Counted from the stretch's first letter, positions 1 to 10,930 are shown. The stretch is 64,000 nucleotides of DNA from an uncultured Candidatus Rokubacteria bacterium (GCA_963762145.1 CAVXJS010000017.1:32001-96000), one strand, 5' to 3'. Translations and numbers: made by a program. The notes: generated by a model not told the origin, from the letters alone.

Positions 1-177
1 CATCATCACGACCCAGGTCACCGCGAAGGACTCGAGTGGGCCGAGCCCCATATCCATTCCGGCCATGGCCTGCGAATGGTGGATCATGGCCGCCCAGGCC
101 CCGCCGGCGACCGCGAGGACGACCAAGGCCGCCACCATGGGCCTGGCCAGCTCCGGTCTGGCGTCGAGGGCCTTCAT
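1..177 (-). CDS. DUF2182-type metal-binding integral membrane protein (5' part; runs off window)
   Basis: Manual translation MKALDARPELARPMVAALVVLAVAGGAWAAMIHHSQAMAGMDMGLGPLESFAVTWVVMM. Met-rich loop followed by W..MM is typical of DUF2182, and it lies directly downstream of DUF899, its usual neighbour. Confidence 0.7.
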   Translation of the reverse strand, partial: MKALDARPELARPMVAALVVLAVAGGAWAAMIHHSQAMAGMDMGLGPLESFAVTWVVMM

Positions 178-257
178 CAACACCCGGCACGCGGGACAGA
201 ATCCACCCGGCTTCGCCTGTCTGGCCAGCCCGATCGTGGTAAGAAGCCGGCCGTGCA

Positions 258-986
258 TCAGTCCTGATACTCGTCGCGACGACGAACCCACACGTCCATG
301 CCGCCGTCGCCCTCATCGCGGCCCTTCGGGGCGAGATCCATGTAATGGTAGGCGACGTTCAGCATGTCGAGCCCGCGCGCATAGGTGGAGTACGTGTGGT
401 AAATCTGGCCGCCGTCCTTCAGGAAGACGCTGATGCCGGGCCCCTCGGTCATCGACACCTGGTCGGGGCGGTAGTTGTAATCGGCCTTCTTGGCCTTCAC
501 CTCCTCATCGGTGAACGAGACGCGATAGTCGAAGTTGAAGTCGCTTCCGAGCGATGACAGCCACGGGAAGCCCCAGCCCATCCGTGTCTTGTAGGCGGCG
601 AGCACGGAGTAGGGAGCCCGCGAGACCGCGGCCATCGTGATGTCGCGGTGGTTCAGGTGGATGGTGATGCCGTTGAAGTTGTCCATCCAGAACGAGCAGA
701 CGAAACAGGGCGCGTTCTGGGTCCAGGTCGTGTGAGGCCCCGCGGTGGCGGGGTTGAACATCGCGTGATAGATGACCAGCTGACCGCGTCCCTCGAAGAG
801 GTCGCCGAGCGTCTGCGGGCCGTGCTCGCCCTCGAAGGTGTATGGCTTGTCGACGAGCTCCCAGGGCAGATCGCGCCGCTCCCGACTGAGCTGGTCGCGC
901 ATCCGAGTGAACTCCTTCTCCTTCGCCAGGTGCTTCTTCCGTGCCTTGAGCCACTCGGCGTGCTTGACCACTTTGTGGGCTGGCAT
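258..986 (-). CDS. DUF899 family thioredoxin-like protein
   Basis: EKEFTRMRDQLSRERRDLPW, LFEGRGQLVIYH, CFVCS, SDFNFDY and HTYSTYARGLD motifs; GAGGAGG RBS. Confidence 0.9.
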   Translation of the reverse strand: MPAHKVVKHAEWLKARKKHLAKEKEFTRMRDQLSRERRDLPWELVDKPYTFEGEHGPQTLGDLFEGRGQLVIYHAMFNPATAGPHTTWTQNAPCFVCSFWMDNFNGITIHLNHRDITMAAVSRAPYSVLAAYKTRMGWGFPWLSSLGSDFNFDYRVSFTDEEVKAKKADYNYRPDQVSMTEGPGISVFLKDGGQIYHTYSTYARGLDMLNVAYHYMDLAPKGRDEGDGGMDVWVRRRDEYQD

Positions 987-1033
987 GCGATCCCTCCTCT
1001 GGTACGAAGGGTAGTCCGGGCGCGTCCGGGACG

Positions 1034-1885
1034 CTAGTGAACCCCGGCCAGCAGCTCGCCCTCGAAGGCGAGGGCCTGGCTTACCACCTCCTCGGGCGTC
1101 TGGAGGACCCCGTAGAGCCCGGCGTAGACGATGGACGGGTCGTGTCCACGCCCCGCCATCGCGCGAAGCTCCTCGTCGAGGCGTCGACAGGCCTCGCGAT
1201 ACCGCCCTGACGGCTCATCGTCGAGCAGGGCCTCGTCGAGGGCGGCCGCGTACAACCGCTCCGAGCGGGCGAGGTGGTGGAGCACGCGGCGGAGTGGCCA
1301 GCCCCCGTCGGGGGGAAGCCAGTCCAGCTCGGTCTCGCTGAGCCCGGCCGCCCGCTGGACGACGAGCCGGACCGCCTGGTCGACTCGCCAGAGCCACGCG
1401 TCGAGATCGGCGGCGGCCAGCGGCAGCCGATCGTCCGCCAGCGTCACCGTCGACGGCACCCAGCCGTCGGTCGGTGTCGGGACGATGCCGTGCCGCTGCC
1501 ACGCGATCCACTGGTCGATCTGGTTGAGGTGGTCGAGCGCGTGGTCGAGCACCCGGCGCAGGGCCTTGCGCGGGGTGTAGGTATAGCGGCCGACCCCGGC
1601 CGGGGCGGTCAGCGGCGCCGGCCGGGCGTCGGTGAGCCGCGAGAACAGCTCGTCGGTCATCACCGCCGGGACCTCGCGGGCCGGATCGTGGACGGTGAGC
1701 CGGGCGAGGTGACGGCGCGCCTGCGCGTGAGCCGCCTCGACGTGGCGGGCCGGGTCTCGTGGGGCCGGCGCCAGGGTCCAGGCCGCGACCGCCCGCACCG
1801 CGGTGGCGTGCGCGAGGACGATGCCGCCGTCGGCGCCCGTCTTCAGCACGCGGTCTCTCGACGCGTCGAGGGCCGGTGCGCTCAT
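1034..1885 (-). CDS. DinB-superfamily protein (two DinB-like repeats)
   Basis: Real start MSAPAL at 1885 overlaps the RidA stop (ATGA). Motifs TPRKALRRVLDHALDHLNQI and WPLRRVLHHLARSE. Confidence 0.65.
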   Translation of the reverse strand: MSAPALDASRDRVLKTGADGGIVLAHATAVRAVAAWTLAPAPRDPARHVEAAHAQARRHLARLTVHDPAREVPAVMTDELFSRLTDARPAPLTAPAGVGRYTYTPRKALRRVLDHALDHLNQIDQWIAWQRHGIVPTPTDGWVPSTVTLADDRLPLAAADLDAWLWRVDQAVRLVVQRAAGLSETELDWLPPDGGWPLRRVLHHLARSERLYAAALDEALLDDEPSGRYREACRRLDEELRAMAGRGHDPSIVYAGLYGVLQTPEEVVSQALAFEGELLAGVH

Positions 1886-2244
1886 CGGGCGGCCGTCACC
1901 ATGATCTCGACGAGCAGGCCCGGGCTGGTCAGCTCGGCCTGGACGCAGGCGCGCGCCGGCGGGTGCTCGCGATCCACCCACTCGTTCCAGGCGAGGTTGT
2001 GGGTCCGGAAGAGCGCCATGTCGGAGAGCCACACCTGCGCGGTCAGGAGGCGTGACTTGTCGGTGCCGGCCCGGGCCAGGAGGTCGTCGATCCGCTGGAG
2101 AGCCTGGCGGGTCTGGGCGGTGACGTCGCCGACCGGATCGCCGGTGATCCCGCAGACGTACACCCGGTCGCCCTGTGCCACGACGCGGCTGATGATCGGC
2201 TTGAAGTTCTCGCTGTCCATGATGAGGTGGCGCTCGATGTCCAT
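1882..2244 (-). CDS. RidA/Rid family (YjgF) enamine/imine deaminase
   Basis: QTRQALQRIDDLL, LLTAQVWLSDM, PARACVQAEL..LVEI; AAAGGAG RBS before ATG 2244. Confidence 0.9.
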   Translation of the reverse strand: MDIERHLIMDSENFKPIISRVVAQGDRVYVCGITGDPVGDVTAQTRQALQRIDDLLARAGTDKSRLLTAQVWLSDMALFRTHNLAWNEWVDREHPPARACVQAELTSPGLLVEIMVTAAR

Positions 2245-2327
2245 GACGGGGTCTCCTTTGGACGACAGCATGGCGCGGAGACGGCCATCCGTCGAATGCA
2301 TATAGCTGACTCTGTCCATCAGCTATA

Positions 2328-3277
2328 GTGATCGCGGTGACCATCGACGAGCTCGAAACCTTCGTCTCGATCGCCCGCCGCGGCGGCTTCGCCCGGGCCG
2401 CGGAAAGCCTGCACCGCTCCCAGCCCGCGATCAGCCGGCGCGTCGAGATGCTGGAGCAGCAGCTCGGCTCTCCGCTCTTCGAGCGGGTGCGCGGCGGCGT
2501 GATCCTGACCGAGGCCGGCCGCACCCTGCTGCCCTACGCGGAGGCGGCGCTGGCCGGGCTGAAGGACGGCGCCGAGGCGGTGCGGGGTCTCGCGCGCGGC
2601 GAGCGGGGCGCGGTCTCCGTCGCCCTGGTGGGGACGCTCGCCAGCACCCGGTTCGCGGGCATGCTGCGCCAGTTCGCCCAGCGTCACCCCTCCGTGAAGC
2701 TCGAGCTGCGGACCGCGAACAGTCAGGAGGTGAGCGACCTGGTGCGGCGCGGCGAGGCCACCCTGGGGCTCCGGTACTTCACCGACACGGATCCGGGGCT
2801 CGTGTCGGAGCAGATCACCGAGGAGGCCCTGGTGCTCGCCTGCGCGCCGGATCATCGCCTCGCGGGGCGCCGGGTGCGCGAACCCGGTGTCCTGGCGGGT
2901 GAGCGCTGGGTGGCCTTTCCCCCCGGCGCCGGCGGCGCGAGCCCTTCGCCACCGCGCTCGAGCAGCGGCTCGCGGCGGCCGGCATCGAGGCGGAGGAGAT
3001 CGTCCGCATCGACAGCCTCACCGCGCAGAAGCGGCTGGTCGAGGCGGGGTTCGGGATCGCGCTCCTCATCGAGAGCAGCGTACAGGAAGAGCTGCGCCTG
3101 GGCTCCCTCGCGATCATCGACGCGCCCGCGCTGCGGGGCGGCGTGCCGGTGACCCTCGTGCGGCGCCGCAATGGGTACCTGAGCGGGGCCGCGCTGAGCC
3201 TCGTGGTGGTGATCAAGGCGGGGACGACGGCCCCGGCCCGGGCTCGAAAGGGGACCGGCAAGAGGCCCAGACGCTGA
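2328..3277 (+). CDS. LysR family transcriptional regulator (frameshift near 2920-2940)
   Basis: N-terminal HTH FARAAESLHRSQPAISRRV. The substrate-binding domain continues in another frame (EPFATALEQRL...KRLVEAGFGIALL...) to TGA 3275-3277; the shift is near a C-run. Divergent from RidA. Confidence 0.85.
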
Positions 3278-3286
3278 TGGTCCCGT

Positions 3287-3595
3287 TCACCGCTTCCCGT
3301 AGTCCGTGAAGACGTAATCCCTGGTCTTCACGATCGTGTGGCACCCGAGCCCGCACTTGGCGTCGCTCCCCTGCGGCGGCTGGTCGGCCGGCGTGGCGGG
3401 CGTGAACGTATCGGAAGCGGCGTCATACTTGAACGCAGCCCATCCCCATCCGCCGCTGTCCGCGAACCTCTTGCTATCCTTCACCATGAAGTCGACGTCA
3501 TGCAGGCTAGCCGGTACCGTCGCAGTGGGGAGCGTTTCCAGCTGCTTCGGATTCCAATGGATTTTCGCGACCGCCGAGATCCTCTTGTTCTTCAT
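3287..3595 (-). pseudogene. Cytochrome P460 family protein, internally deleted
   Basis: C-terminal half KIHWNPK...DVDFMVKDSKRFADSGGWGWAAF...CGLGCHTIVKTRDYVFT is intact, but it is joined directly to MKNKRISAVA with no hydrophobic signal core or N-terminal half. Confidence 0.65.
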
Positions 3596-3707
3596 CGCCA
3601 CGCTCCTCGTTGTCTACTGGTCGCCGCATCATGACCGTTATGATGCGCCGCCGGGCGTGAAGGAGACAGGCGTTGAGCTGAATCCAGCCCGGGCGATCTC
3701 GACCGCG

Positions 3708-3727
3708 TATTGGACCTAGGTCCACTA
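3708..3727 (+). promoter_or_regulatory. Palindromic activator site 1 (TATTGGACCTAGGTCCACTA), groES promoter
   Basis: Near-perfect 20-bp palindrome; -10-like TAGCGT 21 bp downstream (3749-3754), GGAGG RBS, ATG 3777. Confidence 0.8.
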
Positions 3728-3776
3728 CCCGATCCCCGGCCGAGCGGCTAGCGTGACGGTGGGAGGGACCGAGACC

Positions 3777-4085
3777 ATGGCTCAAGCAAAACAGATGACA
3801 CTACACCCACTGCACGACCGTGTCCTCGTCAGGCGGATCGAGGACGAACCGGCTCGCCGCGGCGCCATCATCATCCCGGACAGCGCGAAGGAGAAGCCCC
3901 AGGAGGGCAAGGTCATCGCGGTCGGCAAGGGCCGAGTGTCCGAGGCCGGCAAGAAGACCCCGCTGGACGTCAAGGCCGGGGACCGAGTGCTCTTTGGCAA
4001 GTACTCCGGCAGTGAGGTCAAGGTGAACGGCGAGGATCTCCTCATCATGAAGGAGGAGGACGTCCTCGGCATCCTCGGGGCCTGA
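3777..4085 (+). CDS. groES: Co-chaperonin GroES
   Basis: [41 protein letters not shown]. Confidence 0.97.
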   Translation: MAQAKQMTLHPLHDRVLVRRIEDEPARRGAIIIPDSAKEKPQEGKVIAVGKGRVSEAGKKTPLDVKAGDRVLFGKYSGSEVKVNGEDLLIMKEEDVLGILGA

Positions 4086-4095
4086 TCCCGGGTAG

Positions 4096-5775
<1,680 letters not shown>

Positions 5776-5821
5776 GCTGTCGATGCCAGCCCGGCGGCAC
5801 GGAGCCGGGCGAAGGCAGGCC

Positions 5822-5899
5822 ATGTCGATGAAGAGGGTCTACGCGGTCGCCGTCCTCGTCGTGGTGTTCACGATCCTCGCGTACCTCGAGGCCGGCTAG
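5822..5899 (+). CDS. Putative 25-aa membrane microprotein
   Basis: MSMKRVYAVAVLVVVFTILAYLEAG*: one TM helix with a basic N-terminus, just downstream of groEL; below the ORF-track cutoff. Confidence 0.4.
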   Translation: MSMKRVYAVAVLVVVFTILAYLEAG

Positions 5900-5908
5900 A
5901 GACGGCGG

Positions 5909-6406
5909 CTACTGGCCCGTTCCGATGGAGACCGCGAAGTTGACGGTCTCCTCCCGGAACGGGGACGGGACGTAGACGAGCTCCAGGCGGATCTCCTTCA
6001 GCCGGTTCGCCCGGAGCGCCTCGACCGGAAAGTCCACGTCCAGGACGTAGGACGCACCCTGGTCGGGGTCGAGCCACTCGTTGCCGTACCGGGTGAACTT
6101 GACGATCGGATCCGTCTGGCCTGCCCCGGGCCGGATCGCCTGCGCCTGGGCATCGATGAACCGGAGCTTGCCCTCGACCAGGCGGACCGTCCGATTCGCG
6201 GATGTATTCTGAAGCCGCAACGTCCCGGTCAGGCGCGCCGGGGAAACCACCCGGTCGGAGCCTTTCTCGACGCGCTCGGTGACCTTCAGGTCGATGACCT
6301 CGCCGGTGATCATCCCGGACTTCACGGTCATCGACGGTGGGGTCACCGGATAGACCTTGTCCTCGATCGTGACTCCACCCCCGGGATGCTCCCGCCATAC
6401 CTTCAT
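5909..6406 (-). CDS. Hypothetical protein (beta-rich)
   Basis: 165-aa ORF with normal composition and coding-like codon usage; no family recognised. Confidence 0.6.
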   Translation of the reverse strand: MKVWREHPGGGVTIEDKVYPVTPPSMTVKSGMITGEVIDLKVTERVEKGSDRVVSPARLTGTLRLQNTSANRTVRLVEGKLRFIDAQAQAIRPGAGQTDPIVKFTRYGNEWLDPDQGASYVLDVDFPVEALRANRLKEIRLELVYVPSPFREETVNFAVSIGTGQ

Positions 6407-6475
6407 CTCAGCGATCTCCGGGCGGCATTACGCCGCGATGCTGTGCCACCGCGGGTGAGCGACGATCTCGCAACG

Positions 6476-6841
6476 CTACTTGGCGGCAGCGGTCTTGAGG
6501 ACGGCGGCGGCACAGATCTCGGCCACCGCCCGATTCGGCTCCGTTTGCCCCGGGAACGTCGCCCATCCCGTCTTCATCACGAACTCGGTCTGTTCGTACG
6601 ACGAGCTGATAGCCTTGAGCTCGCCGAGCTTCTTGGCGCGGGCCAGGTCGGACTTCTCCCCGGCGAGACAGATCGGCACCAGTGCGGTGGTGACCGCGCT
6701 GTCCGCCTGGGTCATCGCCATCTGGCGTGCCGTGCTATTCGTTGTCCAGCCTCCCCAGTTGAAGCCCACGATCATGGTCAGAATGCTACCGATTACCACA
6801 CCCCAGATCCCTGGCTTGAGCGACGCGCGTAGCGCTTGCAT
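6476..6841 (-). CDS. Conserved hypothetical membrane protein (GFNWGGW motif)
   Basis: Start MQALRAS at 6841 with GGAGG RBS; TM segment, GFNWGGW, two Cys and GWATFPG. Confidence 0.75.
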   Translation of the reverse strand: MQALRASLKPGIWGVVIGSILTMIVGFNWGGWTTNSTARQMAMTQADSAVTTALVPICLAGEKSDLARAKKLGELKAISSSYEQTEFVMKTGWATFPGQTEPNRAVAEICAAAVLKTAAAK

Positions 6842-6910
6842 GAGACGCCTCCTGGCCCTTCGAGAGAGTGTGCAACTGCCCAAGTGTAGAGAGACGATCG
6901 CCCTCTCGGC

Positions 6911-6930
6911 TAGTGGACCAAGGTCCAATA
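6911..6930 (-). promoter_or_regulatory. Palindromic activator site 2 (TAGTGGACCAAGGTCCAATA)
   Basis: One mismatch to the reverse complement of site 1. -10-like TACACT on the minus strand 22 bp away (6883-6888), ahead of the 6841 gene. Confidence 0.8.
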
Positions 6931-6954
6931 GGCGGTCGTTCAGCCGGCCGGTCA

Positions 6955-6983
6955 TTGCCCAATCCGCACGCGGACGCTATAGT
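6955..6983 (+). promoter_or_regulatory. sigma70-type promoter for the response regulator
   Basis: TTGCCC-N17-TATAGT upstream of ATG 7053. Confidence 0.55.
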
Positions 6984-7052
6984 CGTCTCGTCCTGAACGC
7001 CCGCCTATTCCTTGGGTGCGGCGGGGACCCCAAGAAGGCAAACGGAGATTCC

Positions 7053-7682
7053 ATGGCAGTCGAGTCGCCGCTAGTGTTCGTCGTGGACGATGACCCCTCC
7101 GTGAGGAAGAGCCTCACGCGGCTGCTCAAGGCCGCCGGGTGGGAGGTCGAGGCGTTCGCCACCGGCCGGGAGTTTATGGCCCAACCTCGGCCCGACCGCC
7201 CTTCCTGCCTGTTGCTGGATGTCCGGATGCCCGGGTTGACCGGGCTAGACCTTCAGGACGCTCTCACCGGCGTGGGAGAGCGGCTGTCCATCGTGTTCCT
7301 CACCGGCTTCGGCGATGTCCGGATGGGCGTGCGGGCCATGAAGGGCGGCGCCGTCGATGTGCTCACGAAACCGGTGAACAAGCAGGAGCTTCTCGGGGCC
7401 GTCGAGCGGGCGGTGGCCATCGCGCTCCAGGACCGACGGGAGCGGGCCCGGGTCAAGGAGATCCGGGATCGGATCAAGACCCTGACCCCGCGGGAGGCCC
7501 GAGTCTTTTCCCTGGTAGTGACCGGGATGTTGAACAAGCAGAGTGCGGTGGAGCTGGGGGTCGTGGAGAAGACGGTCAAGGTGCATCGGGCCCGGGTCAT
7601 GGAGAAGATGCAGGCCGGATCGCTGGCCGAGCTCGTCCAGCTGGCCGGCGAAGCGGGGGTGATCGCGGCCAGGTCGGGTTAG
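7053..7682 (+). CDS. FixJ/StyR/NodW-family response regulator (REC + LuxR HTH)
   Basis: VFVVDDD, LLLDVRMPG, FLTG, LTPRE..V..LVVTGMLNKQ, EKTVKVHRARVMEKM. Confidence 0.93.
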   Translation: MAVESPLVFVVDDDPSVRKSLTRLLKAAGWEVEAFATGREFMAQPRPDRPSCLLLDVRMPGLTGLDLQDALTGVGERLSIVFLTGFGDVRMGVRAMKGGAVDVLTKPVNKQELLGAVERAVAIALQDRRERARVKEIRDRIKTLTPREARVFSLVVTGMLNKQSAVELGVVEKTVKVHRARVMEKMQAGSLAELVQLAGEAGVIAARSG

Positions 7683-7686
7683 GGGC

Positions 7687-8070
7687 TCAACGCGCAGCTT
7701 CGCTGACTGCTTGACGGATCGCGCGCAGCACGGTGAGGGGATCGACGGGCTTCCGCAGGTGGCCGGCGGCTCCGGACTTCTCGATGCGATCGATGGTCGA
7801 GGCGTCATCGTGAGCGGTCATGAATATGATCGGGACGGCCAGGCGTCTCTGGAGCTCGAACCCGGTCATCTCGCTCATGTGGATATCCAGCACGACGCAG
7901 GCCGCTTGGTTCTGCGGCAGCCAGTCGAGGAACTCTCGGGCCGAGGCGAATACCTCGGCCTTGAAACCGGCCGACCGGACGACACGAAGAAGCGAGCGGC
8001 GGACCGAGGCGTCGTCGTCCACGATCGCGATGATCGGCTCATCTATCGGAGAATTTAGGAGTTCGTTCAC
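7687..8070 (-). CDS. Single-domain response regulator (FixT-like REC)
   Basis: IVDDD, VVLDIHM, FMTAH, LRKP; GGAGG RBS. Confidence 0.9.
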   Translation of the reverse strand: MNELLNSPIDEPIIAIVDDDASVRRSLLRVVRSAGFKAEVFASAREFLDWLPQNQAACVVLDIHMSEMTGFELQRRLAVPIIFMTAHDDASTIDRIEKSGAAGHLRKPVDPLTVLRAIRQAVSEAAR

Positions 8071-8117
8071 GTGGCGCCTCCCTCAGCACCACCGTAGACG
8101 GACCTGCCCGTGCGTGC

Positions 8118-8137
8118 TATTGGACCTAGGTCCCGGG
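8118..8137 (-). promoter_or_regulatory. Palindromic activator site 3 (TATTGGACCTAGGTCCCGGG)
   Basis: Overlaps the kinase stop codon. -10-like TACGGT on the minus strand 21 bp away (8091-8096), ahead of the single-domain RR. Confidence 0.75.
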
Positions 8138-10003
8138 TTGCCGAGTCCGGGGCGCGTCGACCGGCAGGGTGAAATGAAACGTCGCGCCGCCTTCGGGATT
8201 GCTGGAGGCGCGAAGCTCCCCGCCGTGCGCGTCGACGATCGTCCGGGAGATGGCGAGGCCCATGCCGAGCCCCTCGGCCTTGGTCGTGTAGAGCGGCTCG
8301 AACATGCGCTCGACATGTGCCATGTCGATACCGCTCCCGGAGTCCTCGATCGCGACGCGGACGGCGTCGGCGTCCGCCCTCGACGTGCGGACCACCAGGA
8401 CGGGGTCACGGCCGTTCGGCGCCCCCATCGCCTCCACACCGTTGAGGACCAGATTGAGCATCACCTGCTGGAGCTGTACTCGGTCTCCCCGCACGTGCGG
8501 CAGATCCGGGTCCAGATCCAGGGTCATCGGCACGTGCCGGAGGACCATATCGCTCTTCACGAGCTCGGCCACTTCCCCGACCAGGGCGTTGAGGTCGAGC
8601 GGCACGTGATCGAGCTCGCCTTTCTTGAGCAGCGCCCTCAGGCGGGAGATCACGGTGGCGGCACGCTGGTCGTCGGCTACGATGTCGTCGAGCAGCTCGC
8701 GCAGCTCGCCGAGGTTCGGGGCGGCAGCCTCGAGGAGCTGCTGAGCCACGTACGCGTTGTTGAGGATTGCCATCAAGGGCTGGTTGAGCTCGTGCGCCAG
8801 CGAGGCGCTCAGCTCGCCCAGGGCGGAGACGCGTCCGATGTGCGCGAGCTGTTGCCGTAACCGCCCCACCTCGCGCTCCGCCTGAGCCCGCTGCAGGGCG
8901 TTTGCCACGACCTCCCCGACGAGGTAGAGCTGCTCCAGCGGTTCGTCCCCCCACGCAGCCTCGGCGGAGCCGGTACCGAGCACCAGTCCTCCGACCAGCG
9001 TCTGGCCGGCGCGCAAGGGCAGGGCCAGCGGAGACTGGATGCCGAGCGCAAGGCAGCTGCTCCTATCCACGGCGGCCTCGTCCGGGAAATCCGCGCTTCG
9101 GGGAACCCGAACGATGTCACCGTTCTGCAGCCGGACGCTCAGCCAGGGAAATCGGGCCAGGTCGGTCGGTCCATCGAGAGTCCATGAGCGAGCGGTGCCG
9201 CTGGGCCCAGGAAGCTGGATCAGTACCGCACGATCCACGGCCAGAAAGTCGACGATGGAGCGCAACGCGCCCTGGATGTCCTCATCGAGATTGACGGCCG
9301 AGGCATTGCTGAGGTTGACGGACAGGGAGGACAGAAACCGCTGAAAGCGTAGACGCTCGGCGAGCGACAGGTCCATCCGCTTCCGCTCCAGGGCGCTGGC
9401 GAACGCCTCGCTGAGAAGATGCAGGCGGCCGACCAGCTTGTCCGGCCAGGTGCGCTCGCTGTGAACCGAGTCGAAGGACAGCACGCCCAGCATGGGTCCC
9501 CCGGCCTGCAGCGGGATCGACAGGTGCGAGCGCGTTCCGAACCGGTCGTATCCCGCACGATCCATCGCCGCTTGCGGGGGGAGCTCGTCGGTGCGAGAGA
9601 ATCGGACCACCGCTCCGCGGCGGAGCCGGTCGGCCGTCCAGACGAGCTGGTCGGCGGCCAGGATCGACGGCAGCGTCTCGACGCCGGGCGCGGCCCAGGC
9701 CACACGGACGCCTGGGGCGCCGTCGCGATACTCGTCCAGGTTCCCCCGATCCGCGCCCAGGAAGGTGACCATCTGGCGGAGCGCGGCTTCGAGCGCCGCG
9801 TCGAGACCACCGGCTTCAATGTGAATGAGCTTCGCGGAGAGCTCCGAGAGGAGCGTCTCGAACCGCAGGCGCTCCTCGAGGAGACGCTGCGCCCGGCGGT
9901 CCGCCGCGCGGTGATGCAGGAGCCACATGCTGAGGCCTGTCCCGACGGCAATGATCAGCGCGCCTACCGCCAGGTCCCACGCCAGGCCCACGCGAAGTCT
10001 CAC
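8126..10003 (-). CDS. Sensor histidine kinase (TM, two GAF-like domains, HisKA, HATPase)
   Basis: H-box LAHELNQPL, N-box QQVMLNLVLNG, DSGSGID, G2 GLGMGLAIS; duplicated ERLRF linkers precede the GAF-like domains. Confidence 0.92.
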   Translation of the reverse strand: MRLRVGLAWDLAVGALIIAVGTGLSMWLLHHRAADRRAQRLLEERLRFETLLSELSAKLIHIEAGGLDAALEAALRQMVTFLGADRGNLDEYRDGAPGVRVAWAAPGVETLPSILAADQLVWTADRLRRGAVVRFSRTDELPPQAAMDRAGYDRFGTRSHLSIPLQAGGPMLGVLSFDSVHSERTWPDKLVGRLHLLSEAFASALERKRMDLSLAERLRFQRFLSSLSVNLSNASAVNLDEDIQGALRSIVDFLAVDRAVLIQLPGPSGTARSWTLDGPTDLARFPWLSVRLQNGDIVRVPRSADFPDEAAVDRSSCLALGIQSPLALPLRAGQTLVGGLVLGTGSAEAAWGDEPLEQLYLVGEVVANALQRAQAEREVGRLRQQLAHIGRVSALGELSASLAHELNQPLMAILNNAYVAQQLLEAAAPNLGELRELLDDIVADDQRAATVISRLRALLKKGELDHVPLDLNALVGEVAELVKSDMVLRHVPMTLDLDPDLPHVRGDRVQLQQVMLNLVLNGVEAMGAPNGRDPVLVVRTSRADADAVRVAIEDSGSGIDMAHVERMFEPLYTTKAEGLGMGLAISRTIVDAHGGELRASSNPEGGATFHFTLPVDAPRTRQPGT

Positions 10004-10115
10004 TTTCCGTCCGCGAGAGCGCGCGGACGGGCCTACTCTAACGCTCGCGGGTCGGCAAAGGCGAGCACCCGTTCAGGCGGGGCCGAGCACGCTACGCGGT
10101 CCGTCGGCCGTGGAG

Positions 10116-10135
10116 TATTGGACCAAAGGGCAATA
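10116..10135 (+). promoter_or_regulatory. Palindromic activator site 4 (TATTGGACCAAAGGGCAATA)
   Basis: -10-like TAGAGT 21 bp downstream (10157-10162). ATG 10170 falls at the predicted start site, suggesting a leaderless mRNA. Confidence 0.72.
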
Positions 10136-10169
10136 GGCGGAGGGGTGCGGGCCCCTTAGAGTCGATGTT

Positions 10170-10505
10170 ATGGATGAGGAAGGAGGCTTCGCCGGGCGCT
10201 TTCGTGGTCATGAAGGGCCGTACCATCTGTACGATTCGATCGATCGCCCGCTGATCCGGAGGGAGACCGGGGCCCACGTGCTCGGCGCCCTGCTGGACGA
10301 CCGCGCGCGCCTGGTGTTCCTGGACGACGCGGGGGGTGCCGAGGGCTCGGTGCTGAAGATCACGTATCCCACCCGGGAGTGGGCGCTCGAGCCGGTCGAG
10401 CCAGGCGCGTGCGACTGTGGCGACGGCCGATGTAAGGGACGTCTCGCCATCACGCTGCACGACGCGCACGCGGGGCCTGACTGGATGCTGACGTTCCGCG
10501 GTTAG
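10170..10505 (+). CDS. Hypothetical protein
   Basis: 111-aa ORF downstream of site 4, contains CDCGDGRC; 2 bp from the next ORF. Confidence 0.55.
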   Translation: MDEEGGFAGRFRGHEGPYHLYDSIDRPLIRRETGAHVLGALLDDRARLVFLDDAGGAEGSVLKITYPTREWALEPVEPGACDCGDGRCKGRLAITLHDAHAGPDWMLTFRG

Positions 10506-10507
10506 CC

Positions 10508-10930
10508 GTGAGAGAGACGATCGACGTGACGCTTGCGACCGTGATGGCTGAGCTGGACCGGGCCGGGTTCGGCGAGCACTTCGGGGTAAGCGACGGCAGC
10601 CTGCGGTCATTCGATAGCGGACGGACCTTCCGCGCGAGCCAGGTCGTGATCCGGGCGTTCCGCCGATTCGAAGGGGTCTCGGATCCGGACGACATGTCGA
10701 TCGTCTACGCGATCGAAGGGCAGGGCGGTGCTCGCGGGACCCTGGTCGACGCATTCGGGGCCTACTCGGACCCGGCGGTGAGCGCGTTCCTGGAGGGCGT
10801 GACGATCGGTGGGGTCGGCCCGACGGCTCACGAGCTGCCCCGGTTTGGACGCTACGCCTATGGTTTTCCGGTGCCGGTCCTGGTGGACGCATCACGAGAC
10901 GAAGGGGGCGAGAGCGGATCGGTCGCCTGA
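10508..10930 (+). CDS. Conserved hypothetical protein (RFEG.SDPDD family)
   Basis: RFEGVSDPDDMSIVYAIE...GTLVDAFGAYSDP, the motif of a family often mislabelled 'PRPP synthetase'. Confidence 0.75.
   Translation: MRETIDVTLATVMAELDRAGFGEHFGVSDGSLRSFDSGRTFRASQVVIRAFRRFEGVSDPDDMSIVYAIEGQGGARGTLVDAFGAYSDPAVSAFLEGVTIGGVGPTAHELPRFGRYAYGFPVPVLVDASRDEGGESGSVA

Noticed and set aside
1034-2524. 496-aa ORF as a single protein
   Set aside because: The N-terminal part overlaps RidA and LysR in junk frames; the real gene starts at 1885.
10508-10930. PRPP synthetase annotation
   Set aside because: Far too short and lacks PRPP-binding motifs.
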